Assembly: GCA_044070495.1 (NCBI GenBank)
Contig: JBIPSI010000020.1
Location: forward strand, 43,122-107,121
DNA from: Spirulina sp.
GTDB lineage: Bacteria; Cyanobacteriota; Cyanobacteriia; Phormidesmidales; Phormidesmidaceae
Reading direction: 5' to 3'
DNA: 64,000 nt
The position numbers and the translations under genes are program-made. Positions within the stretch are counted from its first letter, which is position 1, and each line of letters begins with the position of its first letter. Of this stretch, positions 52,280-63,882 are shown one piece after another. The notes under the pieces were generated by a model. That model was not told the DNA's origin, did no database searches, and saw only the letters and a program-made list of their open reading frames with translations.

Positions 52280-52723
52280 TTCAAGGGAATTCCGAGATAA
52301 ATCCAGCATTTTTCCTTGGGGTTTAATGGAGGTTCTATTGATGGATGGGTTGACGGGTAGTGCTTGGCAGGAATGGATCTTTGTGGCAGGCTACGTATCG
52401 TTTTTGCTGGCCATTGCCTGGTTGGCCGTGCGGCCTAGACTGTAGACCGATCAGGGAACATAGCCCAACTAGAGTACGACTAGAGAGGAGAGAAGCCGCT
52501 TTCTCCAAGGGATGTATTGCTCTAGAATCAACGGTTCTCCCACTGGCTTGGTTATTTAGGCACAAGCCGTTTAGCCTAGGGATGGTACACTGCCTACGAA
52601 GTTTCTCCCGTTTTTACAGGCCATCGCCCCTACCATTTCTAACGATGCCTGAAACGTGCCCTCGTCCTTAGCACCGGGCTAAGCGAGACCTTCATTTTCG
52701 ATGACGAACGCAAGGTATTCAAC

Positions 52724-53686
52724 GTGAAGATTGATCCAAAGGCTGTCCGATCTACGGCTCCTCATCCCGCTGTAGATCCCTTTGTATCGGTAATTATTCC
52801 AGTCTACAATGACGCCCGTCGTCTAAAAACCTGTCTTGCGGCTCTGGAGGAGCAAACTTACCCCAGCCACCGCTACGAAATTATTGTGATCGATAATGGC
52901 TCCGAGCCTGAGGAAGACGTCACCGACTTAGCCCACGGCTTTGACCATGTGATTCTGACCCAGGAGCAGATTCCCGGATCCTACGCTGCGAGAAACAAGG
53001 GTCTGACCCTAGCCAAAGGCAACATCATTGCCTTTACAGATTCTGACTGCGTTCCGAAACCAGACTGGCTAGAGCAGGGCGTCAGCTATTTAGTGAACCA
53101 CCCAGACTGTGGGTTAGTGGCGGGTCGCATTGATATGTTTGTAGAACAACCAGAAAAGGTAACGGCCATTGAAATGTATGACCAAGTGGTCATGGGCTTT
53201 CCCCAAGAGTCGCTGATCATCACCTATAAAACGGCGATGACAGCCAATATCTTCACGCGTCGATCCGTCATTGAAGACATTGGCAATTTCCGCTCCGATC
53301 TGCGATCCACCGGGGACGGAGAATGGGCCCAGCGGGTTTACAAGGCGGGCTACGAGCACCGCTATGCGGCCCAGGCCTGTGTCGGACATCCAGCTCGCGA
53401 TACCTTTAAGGCCTTAACCACTCGCGTGACTCGGTATACCGGCGGCAAGGTTGATCGATTTATTACCCATGAGCCTGTTTGGTGGAAGCGTTATCGTCGA
53501 TTTGTACGGTTTATCGTCGAGGACTTGACCATCCATGCGTTTACCCAGAGCCGAAAGGTATTGCAGGATGACCGCATCAACACCATCGGGATGCGCATAA
53601 AGGTTTTGGGATTGGTCGTGGTCATGCAGTTGCTCAGTGTCTCCGAGATCGTGCGTATTAAGCTAGGGGGGCAGTCTCGCCGCTAA
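52724..53686 (+). CDS. Glycosyltransferase family 2
   Basis: VSVIIPVYND, IDNGS, AARNKG, FTDSDC. Confidence 0.9.
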   Translation: MKIDPKAVRSTAPHPAVDPFVSVIIPVYNDARRLKTCLAALEEQTYPSHRYEIIVIDNGSEPEEDVTDLAHGFDHVILTQEQIPGSYAARNKGLTLAKGNIIAFTDSDCVPKPDWLEQGVSYLVNHPDCGLVAGRIDMFVEQPEKVTAIEMYDQVVMGFPQESLIITYKTAMTANIFTRRSVIEDIGNFRSDLRSTGDGEWAQRVYKAGYEHRYAAQACVGHPARDTFKALTTRVTRYTGGKVDRFITHEPVWWKRYRRFVRFIVEDLTIHAFTQSRKVLQDDRINTIGMRIKVLGLVVVMQLLSVSEIVRIKLGGQSRR

Positions 53687-53782
53687 ATCCCAGGGCCCCT
53701 TGGATATGGGGTTGGCGTCTTGACCGTCAAGTCATGCTGATGGTCAAGGACGGGGGTGGTCAACCCCCGCACGAATAGTTTG

Positions 53783-53834
53783 TGCCCTAAGGACTTGCCC
53801 TAAGGGCTTGCCCTAAGGGCTTGCACTAAGGTGT
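53783..53834. repeat. 13-bp tandem repeat x4 (TGCCCTAAGGGCT)
   Basis: Overlaps the stop codon of the serine hydrolase gene. Confidence 0.7.
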
Positions 53835-54978
53835 TAGGAATTACGGCATCATCCCAGGCGGGAGGATCTTCCCCCAACCGCACAACCACCAGGTCATAGG
53901 ACGGGATAACGTATACCTTTTGGTGATGGCGTCCATCTAGGTAGAAAGTGTCGGGGGCCAAAAAAGGCGCTGAGGAGGCTGAGTTCACATTGGGGTAGTC
54001 GGGGGTGCGCGCTTTAATCCACAGGTGCATCCCAAAGGTAGGTTCCAGGGGTGATTCCTGCCGCATTTTAGCGATCCAGTCCGCCGGAATCACCTGACTA
54101 TCCCCGACTTTGCCCTGGCGTAAAAACAGGTGTCCTACCCGCAGCCAGTCGAGGGCCGTGGCAAAGAAACAGCAAAACGCCTTGGCGCTGCCCCCCGGTC
54201 GATCCATCCACAAAAACGTATCTTCCGCCCCCAAGGGTTGCCACAGGCGGCTAGAAAGATAGCGGCCAAAGGATTCGCCCGTGGCGGCTTCCAACACGAA
54301 AGCCAACAGTTGGGAATTGACGTTGTTGTACTCGTACCCCTGACCGGGGGGCTGGGCCAGGGGTATGGAGAGGGCCAAGGGACGCAGGTTCGATCCGCCG
54401 TAGAGCTTCACCAGGTCGGAACTCAGGGTGTCGGTGCGGTCATCGTTACGCAGGCCCGACTGCATATAGATCAAGTCCTCCAGGGTGATGTCCCCACGGG
54501 GATCATCGGCCCACTCCGGTAGATAGTCGCCCACCCGATCCCCTAGGGACTGAATATGCCCCTCCGCCAAGGCCACGCCAATCATCAAGCCCAGCAGGTT
54601 TTTAGTCATCGACATGCCGTTGACCGGGCTATCTGGCCCATATCCCTGCCAATAGCGCTCGAAAACAAGGCGATCCCGATGCAGCACCAGCAAGGCAATG
54701 GAATTTTGACGCTCGGCAAAGGCCGCTACCTCTTCTAATACCGCCGGGGACAGTTCCCCCGGTTCTGCGGTCGGCGTTACCACTGTCCAGGGCGGCGGCG
54801 CAGGGCTTCCCAGCACTGGATAGCGGGGCTGATACCAATCCACTGAAGTAATGGGCCGATCTGGATAGCTCAGGGATCGCGTCCACAGTCGCCAATCCAC
54901 GCGGCTACTCAGAATCCCCATCCCTCCCAGGGCAAGAAGCCCCATCCCCAAGACAGTTTTAAGCCCAAGATGCTGCAT
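53800..54978 (-). CDS. Serine hydrolase, beta-lactamase family
   Basis: SMTK (SxxK), YEYNN, LSSRLWQPLG; start MQHLGL. Confidence 0.88.
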   Translation of the reverse strand: MQHLGLKTVLGMGLLALGGMGILSSRVDWRLWTRSLSYPDRPITSVDWYQPRYPVLGSPAPPPWTVVTPTAEPGELSPAVLEEVAAFAERQNSIALLVLHRDRLVFERYWQGYGPDSPVNGMSMTKNLLGLMIGVALAEGHIQSLGDRVGDYLPEWADDPRGDITLEDLIYMQSGLRNDDRTDTLSSDLVKLYGGSNLRPLALSIPLAQPPGQGYEYNNVNSQLLAFVLEAATGESFGRYLSSRLWQPLGAEDTFLWMDRPGGSAKAFCCFFATALDWLRVGHLFLRQGKVGDSQVIPADWIAKMRQESPLEPTFGMHLWIKARTPDYPNVNSASSAPFLAPDTFYLDGRHHQKVYVIPSYDLVVVRLGEDPPAWDDAVIPNTLVQALRASP

Positions 54979-55227
54979 AGAACACAGTCTTTTCCCAAGG
55001 GGTTTACTACAGTAAAAATAATTTGGCGCTGTCAATAACCTCGGTTTCTAGGCGATGGCAACCGACGACTTGCGCTCTCTGGCCCGTAGGCCGACCTACA
55101 GGCTAGCTTACAGTGATACTCTAATAAAAAGATAAGGGCGTTGGGGTTGGTCGAGGTCATCCTTGGCTAGGCCACGCTTAATGCGGCAGGTTAAACTCCA
55201 TAAACCTGTTGCCACTAGTAGGGTTAA

Positions 55228-56472
<1,245 letters not shown>

Positions 56473-56508
56473 GTTTGATGGCCCACCCTGACGGGAAGCA
56501 AGCTACAT

Positions 56509-56594
56509 CCCCAGCCCCTCTCCCCACGGGAGAGGGGAGCCGGAAAGGCCTTCAAAGTCCCTCTCCCCACGGGAGAGAGATTTAGGGTGAGGGC
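56509..56594. repeat. Dispersed CCCTCACCC-family hairpin repeat
   Basis: CCCCAGCCCCTCTCCCCACGGGAGAGGGGAGC...AAAGTCCCTCTCCC...GATTTAGGGTGAGGGC. Confidence 0.85.
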
Positions 56595-56634
56595 GAACGG
56601 TCAACCAGAAAGCTTATTTTCAATCTGATTGCCG

Positions 56635-56663
56635 AAGGGAAGGGGGAAACGCCTTCCTTTTTT
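56635..56663 (+). terminator. Intrinsic terminator after petH
   Basis: GGAAGG..GAAA..CCTTCC followed by TTTTTT. Confidence 0.55.
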
Positions 56664-56722
56664 ATTGGCTGCCGTCTCCCTTTACAATTGGAGGCAGAGC
56701 GCGTCGTTAGGGGTATAGCACT

Positions 56723-58045
56723 TTGGGTATCAACGTTGGGCTGTTGGGGTTAGGGACAGTAGGTTCAGGCACCGCCAAGATTCTTTTAGATCCGGTAGGT
56801 CGTCATCCCTTACTGAGCCAAATTACCCTCACTAAGGTGGGAGTACGAACCCTTGACAAGCCCCGCAGCGTTGCGATCCCCGCCGATTGCCTCACAACCG
56901 ACCTAGAGAGCATCGTCACCGATCCCGCCGTGGATGTGGTGGTAGAACTATTGGGCGGACTAGAACCCGCTCGCAGTTTGATCCTGAAGGCCATCGCCCA
57001 CGGCAAGCATGTTGTCACCGCCAACAAAGCCGTCATTGCCCGCTACGGCGACGAAATTTTTACCGCCGCCAACGAGGCCGGGGTCTACGTTCTGTTAGAA
57101 GCTGCCGTGGGGGGAGGGATCCCTGTGGTGCAGCCCCTCAAGCAAGCCCTGGGGGTGAACCGGATCCAGGCCGTCACTGGGATCATCAACGGCACCACCA
57201 ACTACATCCTCACCCGAATGCAGCGGGAGGGCGGCGACTTTGAGCCGATTCTGGCCGATGCCCAACGGCTGGGCTACGCCGAGGCCGATCCCTCCGCCGA
57301 TGTGGACGGGCTGGATGCCGCCGATAAGATTGCCATTTTGGCCTCCCTCGCCTTTGGGGGGCGCATTAAACTGTCCGAGGTCTACAGCGAAGGAATCCGC
57401 CACGTTTCCGCCGCCGATATTACCTACGCCAAGGGTCTAGGGTTTGTGATTAAGCTGCTTGCCATTGCCCGCCGCCATGCCGAGGTCGATGGTGACCATA
57501 GCGTCGAAGAACTGGAACTGCGCGTCCATCCCACCCTGGTTCCCGAAAGCCACCCGCTGGCCTCGGTGAACGATGTGTACAACGCCATTTTGGTAGAAGG
57601 CAACCCCATCGGCCAGGTGATGTTCTTTGGGCCAGGGGCCGGAGAAGGCCCAACCGCCAGTGCCGTGGTGTCCGACATTGTGAACATTGCCGCCACCCTG
57701 GTGTCGGGCCAAGGCCGCGAGGTGACGCCCAAAACCGCCAACCCTCTGCTGGCCTGTAGCCACCAGCACTACTGCAAAGTTAGCCCCATGGCCGACATTG
57801 TCAGTCGGTTCTATGTGCGGCTGCTAGCCAAGGATGAACCGGGAGTGATTGGTCGGCTGGGCCTGTGCTTTGGGGATCATGCCGTCAGCCTAGAATCCAT
57901 CGTGCAAACAGGCATCCACGACGACGGGGCCGAGATCGTCATCGTCAGCCATGAAGTGACCGAATCCAACTTCCAAACCGCCCTCGACGAAATCCGCGCC
58001 TTCCCCGAAATTGTCAGCGTGGCCAGCGTCATCCGCGTCCTGTAG
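56723..58045 (+). CDS. hom: Homoserine dehydrogenase with ACT domain
   Basis: GLLGLGTVG, VVTANK, EAAVGGGIP, GIINGTTNYIL, GYAEADP. Confidence 0.95.
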   Translation: MGINVGLLGLGTVGSGTAKILLDPVGRHPLLSQITLTKVGVRTLDKPRSVAIPADCLTTDLESIVTDPAVDVVVELLGGLEPARSLILKAIAHGKHVVTANKAVIARYGDEIFTAANEAGVYVLLEAAVGGGIPVVQPLKQALGVNRIQAVTGIINGTTNYILTRMQREGGDFEPILADAQRLGYAEADPSADVDGLDAADKIAILASLAFGGRIKLSEVYSEGIRHVSAADITYAKGLGFVIKLLAIARRHAEVDGDHSVEELELRVHPTLVPESHPLASVNDVYNAILVEGNPIGQVMFFGPGAGEGPTASAVVSDIVNIAATLVSGQGREVTPKTANPLLACSHQHYCKVSPMADIVSRFYVRLLAKDEPGVIGRLGLCFGDHAVSLESIVQTGIHDDGAEIVIVSHEVTESNFQTALDEIRAFPEIVSVASVIRVL

Positions 58046-58135
58046 CCCTCTAAAATAAAAACCCGTAGCCCTCCGTCGGGGCGAGGTCCCCTCGCCCGCT
58101 CCCCGCCCCCCGTCCCAAAGATTCCCTATCCCGCC

Positions 58136-58873
58136 ATGACCGCCATTCCCGACAGCCTCGAAACCGCCATTGCCCAAGCCCGTGAGGCCACCCGCGCCGC
58201 AATCCAGGCCGGAGTGCCCCGTATGACCGTCGAACTGGTCTATTCCGAACTGAAGGGAATGCCCGTGGCGGAGCAGTTCTACCCGGTGCTGCAAGAGATG
58301 GGGTTAGCCTTCAAAATGTACTTCCCCGATGCCGGAGCGGCGGCCCTAGCTCGACGCGACTGGGGCGACCCGGAGTTTTCGGTGCGCGGCATTGGCGAAA
58401 TTAAGGGCCAGATGGAGCCGGACGACCAAGCTTACCTGTTTGTGGAGCCGTCCTCGGTGGAGGTGACCCAGGTGGAGGAAATGTGCAACCAGGCCGGTGA
58501 CAAGTTTGTGATTATGCTGAACCCCAAGCTAGAGGACGTGGCAACCATCGGCATCGGCTATGCGGGGCGGCAACTGCGAGAACGCTTCCTGAGCACCCTA
58601 GAACCCGCCTATTACCTACGCCCCATGGCGGGGGCGGTGCTGCTGCGGGCCTACCCTGGGCCTTGGCAAGTGTGGCAGGAAACCAGTGAGGAGAACTATA
58701 CCCTGGTGGCGGAACTGCCCCAAAAACCCTCCGGCGAAGCCCTGGATCGGATTCTGTTAGGGGAACCCTCCACCGATAGCAGCGCCACCCCAAACTCGGA
58801 CGCCCCCCTACGACCTCGACGGGGTGGCTTTTTGTCGGATCTGCAAAACTTCCTCAAAGCGCTTAGCCAGTAG
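58136..58873 (+). CDS. DUF1995 family protein
   Basis: FPDAGAAALARRDW, LNPKLED..IGIGYAGRQLRERF. Confidence 0.85.
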   Translation: MTAIPDSLETAIAQAREATRAAIQAGVPRMTVELVYSELKGMPVAEQFYPVLQEMGLAFKMYFPDAGAAALARRDWGDPEFSVRGIGEIKGQMEPDDQAYLFVEPSSVEVTQVEEMCNQAGDKFVIMLNPKLEDVATIGIGYAGRQLRERFLSTLEPAYYLRPMAGAVLLRAYPGPWQVWQETSEENYTLVAELPQKPSGEALDRILLGEPSTDSSATPNSDAPLRPRRGGFLSDLQNFLKALSQ

Positions 58874-59152
58874 GGCTGTCCCCATCTGTGTAGCCTAGGG
58901 CACGGTTTCGCTAGGCTAAAACGACGAAAAATGCTAAATGTCCGGATTTGCCGACAAATGCCCTTTGGCGGTTTAAAACTGTAGAGCAAGCCTCCTAAAC
59001 TGTGGATACCTAATATGGTGTCCCTTAGCACGGCGTCACGTGGCCTAGCGCCCAGCGCCACTGCTACCTTATGGACATTAGGGCTTAGGAAGGTTGATAT
59101 CTTTGGGCTGTCAGCCATCACGAACCTTCATCACTGGCGAGTAACTGGATCT

Positions 59153-61846
59153 ATGCGAATTCTGAAAACCCAGACCCTACGAGGGCCGAACTACTGGAGC
59201 ATCCGCCACCCCAACCTGATCTTGATGCGGTTGGATTTGGAGGATCTCGCAGACCGTCCCTCCGACCAAATTCCTGGGTTTTACGAAGCGATCTCAGCCA
59301 CCCTGCCCAGCCTGATCGAGCATTTCTGTTCCCCAGGGCACCGAGGCGGGTTCCTCAGTCGGGTGCGCCAGGGTACCTACATGGGCCACATCGTCGAGCA
59401 CGTCGCCCTGGAACTGCAAACCCTGGCCGGAATGCCCACGGGCTTTGGCCGCACCCGTGGCACCGTCGAGCCTGGGGTGTACCAGGTGGTGTTTGAGTAC
59501 CAAAACGAGCAGGCCGGACGCTACGCCGCTAGGGCCGCTGTGCGCCTGTGCAACAGCCTGGTGGAAACGGGCCACTATCCCAAGGAAGAACTAGAGCAGG
59601 ACATTGCCGACCTGACGGAATTCCGCCTGGATGCTGCCCTTGGCCCCAGTACCGAGGCCATTGTCCGCGCCGCCGAAGGGAAAGACATTCCCTGGACGCA
59701 GTTGCCCACCCGCGCCATGATCCAGCTCGGCTATGGCCGCTACCAGCAGCGCATCCAGGCCACCCTCAGCAGCAAAACTAGCATCCTAGCGGTGGAACTG
59801 GCCTCGGACAAAGAAGGCACCAAGCAAATCCTGAGGGACGCCGGGATCCCCGTTCCCCGTGGCACCGTGATTTACTACCAGGACGAGCTAGAGGAAGCCA
59901 TTAACGACGTGGGCGGATTCCCGATTGTGGTGAAGCCCCTCGACGGCAACCACGGGCGCGGCATCACCATCGACATTAACAGCTACGAAGCCGCCGAGGA
60001 AGCCTACGAAGCCGCCCGCGATGTCTCCAGTGGCGTCATCATCGAGCGCTTCTACCGGGGGCGAGACCACCGGGTTTTGGTAATTAACGGTCGGGTGATT
60101 GCCGTGGCGGAACGGGTGCCCGCCCATGTGGTGGGAGATGGCCATTCCACCATTGAACAACTGATTGAGATCACCAACCAAGACCCCCGCCGAGGCGACG
60201 GCCACGACAACATCCTGACCCGCATCACCGTAGACCGTACCACCTGGCAACTGCTAGATCGCAAGGGCTACACCCTAGAAACCGTGCTGCCCAAGGGCGA
60301 AATCTGCTACCTGCGCTCCACCGCCAACCTCAGTACCGGCGGCATCGCCATCGACCGCACCGACGAAATCCACCCCGACAACGTGTGGATTGCCCAGCGC
60401 ATCGCCAAAACCATCGGCCTGGATATTGCCGGGATCGACATCGTCACCACCGACATTTCTAAGCCCCTGCGCGAGGTGGACGGCGTGATTGTGGAGGTGA
60501 ACGCCGCTCCGGGATTGCGGATGCACATCTGCCCCAGCGAAGGCATCGCCCGCAACGTGGCAGAACCCATCCTAGAGATGCTCTTCCCTCCCAGTACGCC
60601 CACCCGCGTGCCCATCGTGGCGATTACGGGCACCAACGGCAAAACCACCACCACCCGCCTGATCGCCCACATCTTTAAGCAGACGGGCCAAATCGTAGGC
60701 TACACCACCACCGACGGCATCTACATCGGCGAAAACCTGGTGGAAGCCGGAGACACCACTGGCCCCCAAAGCGCCCAGGTGATCCTGCAAGATCCCACCG
60801 TGGAAGTGGCGATTCTAGAAACAGCGCGGGGCGGTATGTTGCGCTCTGGTCTCGCCTTCAAAGCCTGTGACGTAGGCGTGGTGCTGAACGTCGCCGCCGA
60901 CCACCTGGGCATTGGCGACATCGAAACCGTGGAAGACCTAGCTCACCTCAAAAGCATCGTGGCCGAAACTACTCGCCCCAGCGGCTATGCGGTGCTGAAT
61001 GCCGACGATCCCCTGGTGTCGTCCATGGCCCAGCGGGTGAAGGGGCAGGTGGCCTACTTCTCCATGGATCCCCACAACGAACTGCTGCGGAAACATACGC
61101 AGCAGGGGGGCCTCGCCGCCATCTACGAGCACGGCTACCTGTCCATCCTCAAGGGCGACTGGCTGCTGCGCATCGAACAGGCCGAAAAAGTACCCCTCAC
61201 CATGGGCGGGTTGGCCCCCTTCCAAATTGCCAACGCCCTCGCCGCCAGCCTCGCCGCCTTTGCCCAGGGGGTCAGCATCGAGTATATTCGCCAAGCCCTG
61301 CACAGCTTCCAATCGGGCGCGCAGCAAACCCCAGGCCGCATGAATCTGTTCAACCTAGGCCGCTTCCATGCCCTGGTGGACTACGCCCACAACCCCGCCA
61401 GCTACGAAGCCCTGGGCGGCTTTGTGAAGAACTGGCCCGGTCACTGCATTGGCGTGGTGGGTGGCCCTGGGGATCGGCGCGACGAAGACTTCATCGCCCT
61501 CGGCAAACTGGCGGGGCAAATCTTCGATGAGGTGATCGTTAAAGAAGACGACGACACCCGTGGTCGCCCCCGTGGCGATGCCGCCAAGTGGATCGTCCAT
61601 GGTCTCGAAGAAGTGCCCACCGCCGCCAGCTATCGCACCATTCTCAACGAAACCGAGGCCGTTAACACCGCCCTCGACAGTGCCCCCGACGATAGCCTGG
61701 TGGTGATTTTGCCGGAAAGCGTCAGCCGCGCCATTGGCCTCATTCAGGCCCGCAACCCTCTGCCCCAGGGCAATGCGGCCCCGGCTACAGAAACCTCCGA
61801 ACCCACCGTCCCCATCTCCGACCAATACGCCGAGGCCCACGGCTAG
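59153..61846 (+). CDS. cphA: Cyanophycin synthetase
   Basis: MRILKTQTLRGPNYWS, EHFCSPGHRGGF, KPLDGNHGRG, TGTNGKTTT, DYAHNP. Confidence 0.97.
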   Translation: MRILKTQTLRGPNYWSIRHPNLILMRLDLEDLADRPSDQIPGFYEAISATLPSLIEHFCSPGHRGGFLSRVRQGTYMGHIVEHVALELQTLAGMPTGFGRTRGTVEPGVYQVVFEYQNEQAGRYAARAAVRLCNSLVETGHYPKEELEQDIADLTEFRLDAALGPSTEAIVRAAEGKDIPWTQLPTRAMIQLGYGRYQQRIQATLSSKTSILAVELASDKEGTKQILRDAGIPVPRGTVIYYQDELEEAINDVGGFPIVVKPLDGNHGRGITIDINSYEAAEEAYEAARDVSSGVIIERFYRGRDHRVLVINGRVIAVAERVPAHVVGDGHSTIEQLIEITNQDPRRGDGHDNILTRITVDRTTWQLLDRKGYTLETVLPKGEICYLRSTANLSTGGIAIDRTDEIHPDNVWIAQRIAKTIGLDIAGIDIVTTDISKPLREVDGVIVEVNAAPGLRMHICPSEGIARNVAEPILEMLFPPSTPTRVPIVAITGTNGKTTTTRLIAHIFKQTGQIVGYTTTDGIYIGENLVEAGDTTGPQSAQVILQDPTVEVAILETARGGMLRSGLAFKACDVGVVLNVAADHLGIGDIETVEDLAHLKSIVAETTRPSGYAVLNADDPLVSSMAQRVKGQVAYFSMDPHNELLRKHTQQGGLAAIYEHGYLSILKGDWLLRIEQAEKVPLTMGGLAPFQIANALAASLAAFAQGVSIEYIRQALHSFQSGAQQTPGRMNLFNLGRFHALVDYAHNPASYEALGGFVKNWPGHCIGVVGGPGDRRDEDFIALGKLAGQIFDEVIVKEDDDTRGRPRGDAAKWIVHGLEEVPTAASYRTILNETEAVNTALDSAPDDSLVVILPESVSRAIGLIQARNPLPQGNAAPATETSEPTVPISDQYAEAHG

Positions 61847-61868
61847 CCAGCCCATCGGTGCGTCAGGT

Positions 61869-61936
61869 CTAAAACCTCGGTTTCTGCGTCGTTACTCCAG
61901 CGGCATGGCCTATGGGCCGAGAAACCGGGGTTTTAG
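61869..61936. repeat. Inverted repeat (CTAAAACCTCGGTTTCT / AGAAACCGGGGTTTTAG) after cphA
   Basis: 17-bp arms with one mismatch; a partial arm also occurs near 55038. Confidence 0.6.
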
Positions 61937-62039
61937 GTCGTCACGTTAGCCCGACCGGAAGGGTTGGGAGGAACTTGGTACACTGGAAAGCAGCCACGCT
62001 GGTTGAGCGAAACTGGCCCCTGCCGTTGTCCTTGAACGC

Positions 62040-62627
62040 TTGATGATGCTAACCGTCTTGCCTATGCCGCTCCTTGTTGTGTCCCCCACCTTAGCCCTGC
62101 TGGGGATGGACAGCATTTTGTCTACCCAGGGCATTATGGTGATGCTGCTAGTGGCCTATGCTGGGGCCATGTGGATGTTCCTCAAAAGTGCTCCCAAGGT
62201 CTACACCATCATGGTGTCTGATCTAGAGGTAGCCCGCCGCTTCTACGAGGGCATGCTTAGCCTCCCTGCCGCCGAGGTGCCCCTACACTACTACTACAAC
62301 TATGAGCAAACCCTAGGCACAGGCGGACTTGACCCCTTCTACATGGGCGGCACCTCCAGCTTAGCGGGGGCGGGGCCAGCGGGCGGGCCGGATGGGCTGT
62401 GGTATCAACTACGTAAAAATACTCAACTACACATCATCACTGGAGCTAGCCTAGGGGAGCGCAATCGCCAGCGCCACGTTTGCTTTGATCGCAAGTGCTT
62501 GGAGTACATCCTCATGCGGGTGCAGCTCACAGGCATTCAGCACAAAATTCGCACCGAAATGCCCCTGAACTTTTTAGTCAGAGACTACGAAGAGCAGGTG
62601 ATCGAACTGGCCGAAGTGGATGGTTAA
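62040..62627 (+). CDS. Membrane-anchored VOC/glyoxalase-like protein
   Basis: STQGIMVMLL TM; IMVSDLEVARRFYEGML; GLWYQL..QLHII; RHVCF; start uncertain. Confidence 0.75.
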   Translation: MMMLTVLPMPLLVVSPTLALLGMDSILSTQGIMVMLLVAYAGAMWMFLKSAPKVYTIMVSDLEVARRFYEGMLSLPAAEVPLHYYYNYEQTLGTGGLDPFYMGGTSSLAGAGPAGGPDGLWYQLRKNTQLHIITGASLGERNRQRHVCFDRKCLEYILMRVQLTGIQHKIRTEMPLNFLVRDYEEQVIELAEVDG

Positions 62628-62781
62628 TCCCCTTCAGCGGGGTTGCCCATGCAATTTCATCAACGCCACTGGCCAAATCACACCCGTTAACGCTTCACAT
62701 CACAGAGGATGAGACAGCCCATCACAGGATTTACGGAAACCCTTGGTTAGCCTAGGAATATCCTGATACAGAGGTTGTGTT

Positions 62782-63378
62782 ATGGGCTGGTATCGCCGAG
62801 GTTGGTACACCCTAATACCTGACAAAAACTACGAAGCCCTATGTCCTGGTTTGCCGATGTCGGGTGATATTACCTTACAAATTCCAAGCCAACAGTCATT
62901 GCCCAATCATCAACCGATTACGCTTCACTGGCAGCGTTTCTATGGGCTAGACAGTCCGGCTTGTGAGAGCCTTAGGGCACAGCCTGACTGGCGTAAACAG
63001 TCTTCCCCTTCGGCCTGTTTACCATCCTGTAAGTTTCACTGCGATGATCGGATACAATGCACCCTAAGCTATGGAGATAAGCCCCTTTGGCTTAACTTGG
63101 TACTGGATCATGTCTATATTTCTAGTGCAGGCATCCAGGATGAAACCCATCTAGAACAACGCAATATCAATCAACTTCCCTGCTACTGGCTCTTCCTAAG
63201 GCTATATCAAGGGCTATCGGCCACACCTTTCTTTATGCGCAAAGGAAAAATCTGGGATTTAGCAGGGGGGCACAACGATGACGAAGGAACGGTCTCCCAC
63301 ACCGTCAACTATCGCTTTGATTTAGAGAATCTTGAATGTACCTACATCCACTACTATCGCGAAAATAGGCAGAATTGA
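62782..63378 (+). CDS. Hypothetical protein
   Basis: 198-aa ORF with no recognised motif. Confidence 0.45.
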   Translation: MGWYRRGWYTLIPDKNYEALCPGLPMSGDITLQIPSQQSLPNHQPITLHWQRFYGLDSPACESLRAQPDWRKQSSPSACLPSCKFHCDDRIQCTLSYGDKPLWLNLVLDHVYISSAGIQDETHLEQRNINQLPCYWLFLRLYQGLSATPFFMRKGKIWDLAGGHNDDEGTVSHTVNYRFDLENLECTYIHYYRENRQN

Positions 63379-63523
63379 AGGCTCTTCCGGATCTGTGGTT
63401 GAAACTGTATTAACTGATACACTTTGCTTTTCCTGCATTCGCTGAAAGCTTTGCTGTGCCTAGATATTAGCTGGGCTTATCACCCTGAACCCGGAGGAGC
63501 CATGGACTTTTGAATGAATCTCT

Positions 63524-63610
63524 ATGAAGGCAGCAGTGTTTGCCCAAACGTTTGACGAAGGTCAAGAGGACATTATCGATGACCTCGATTTATCTCAACC
63601 CACAAGCTAA
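63524..63610 (+). pseudogene. Second truncated BrnA-like antitoxin remnant
   Basis: MKAAVFAQTFDEGQEDIIDDLDLSQPTS*; DNA about 91% identical to 1117-1214. Confidence 0.65.
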
Positions 63611-63882
63611 CGGCTGCCCGTAGCGACTCTGAATTACTCACGGGATTAAGCCACGATGAGCTAGTGGCCCTGGCAGAAACTGCCCTCTCTCTATCAACTC
63701 AAAATCAACTGCATGATTTATTAAATTGCAATGCAGAGGGAGAACTTCCAGCAGATGACGTGGCCACCCTTGATCAGCTTTTGGCACGGGTGGATGATCT
63801 CAATATTCTCAAGGCTAGAGCCCGCTACACCCTGGATTATCTGAGACCACTGGCCCCGTGCTGGTTGACTGACAAAACTTAG
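63607..63882 (+). pseudogene. 5'-truncated conserved hypothetical (antitoxin-like) gene
   Basis: SELLTGLSHDELVALAE...LDQLLARVDDLNILKARARYTL; protein-like sequence continues upstream of the GTG at 63664 with no earlier start before the in-frame stop at 63580. Confidence 0.5.
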
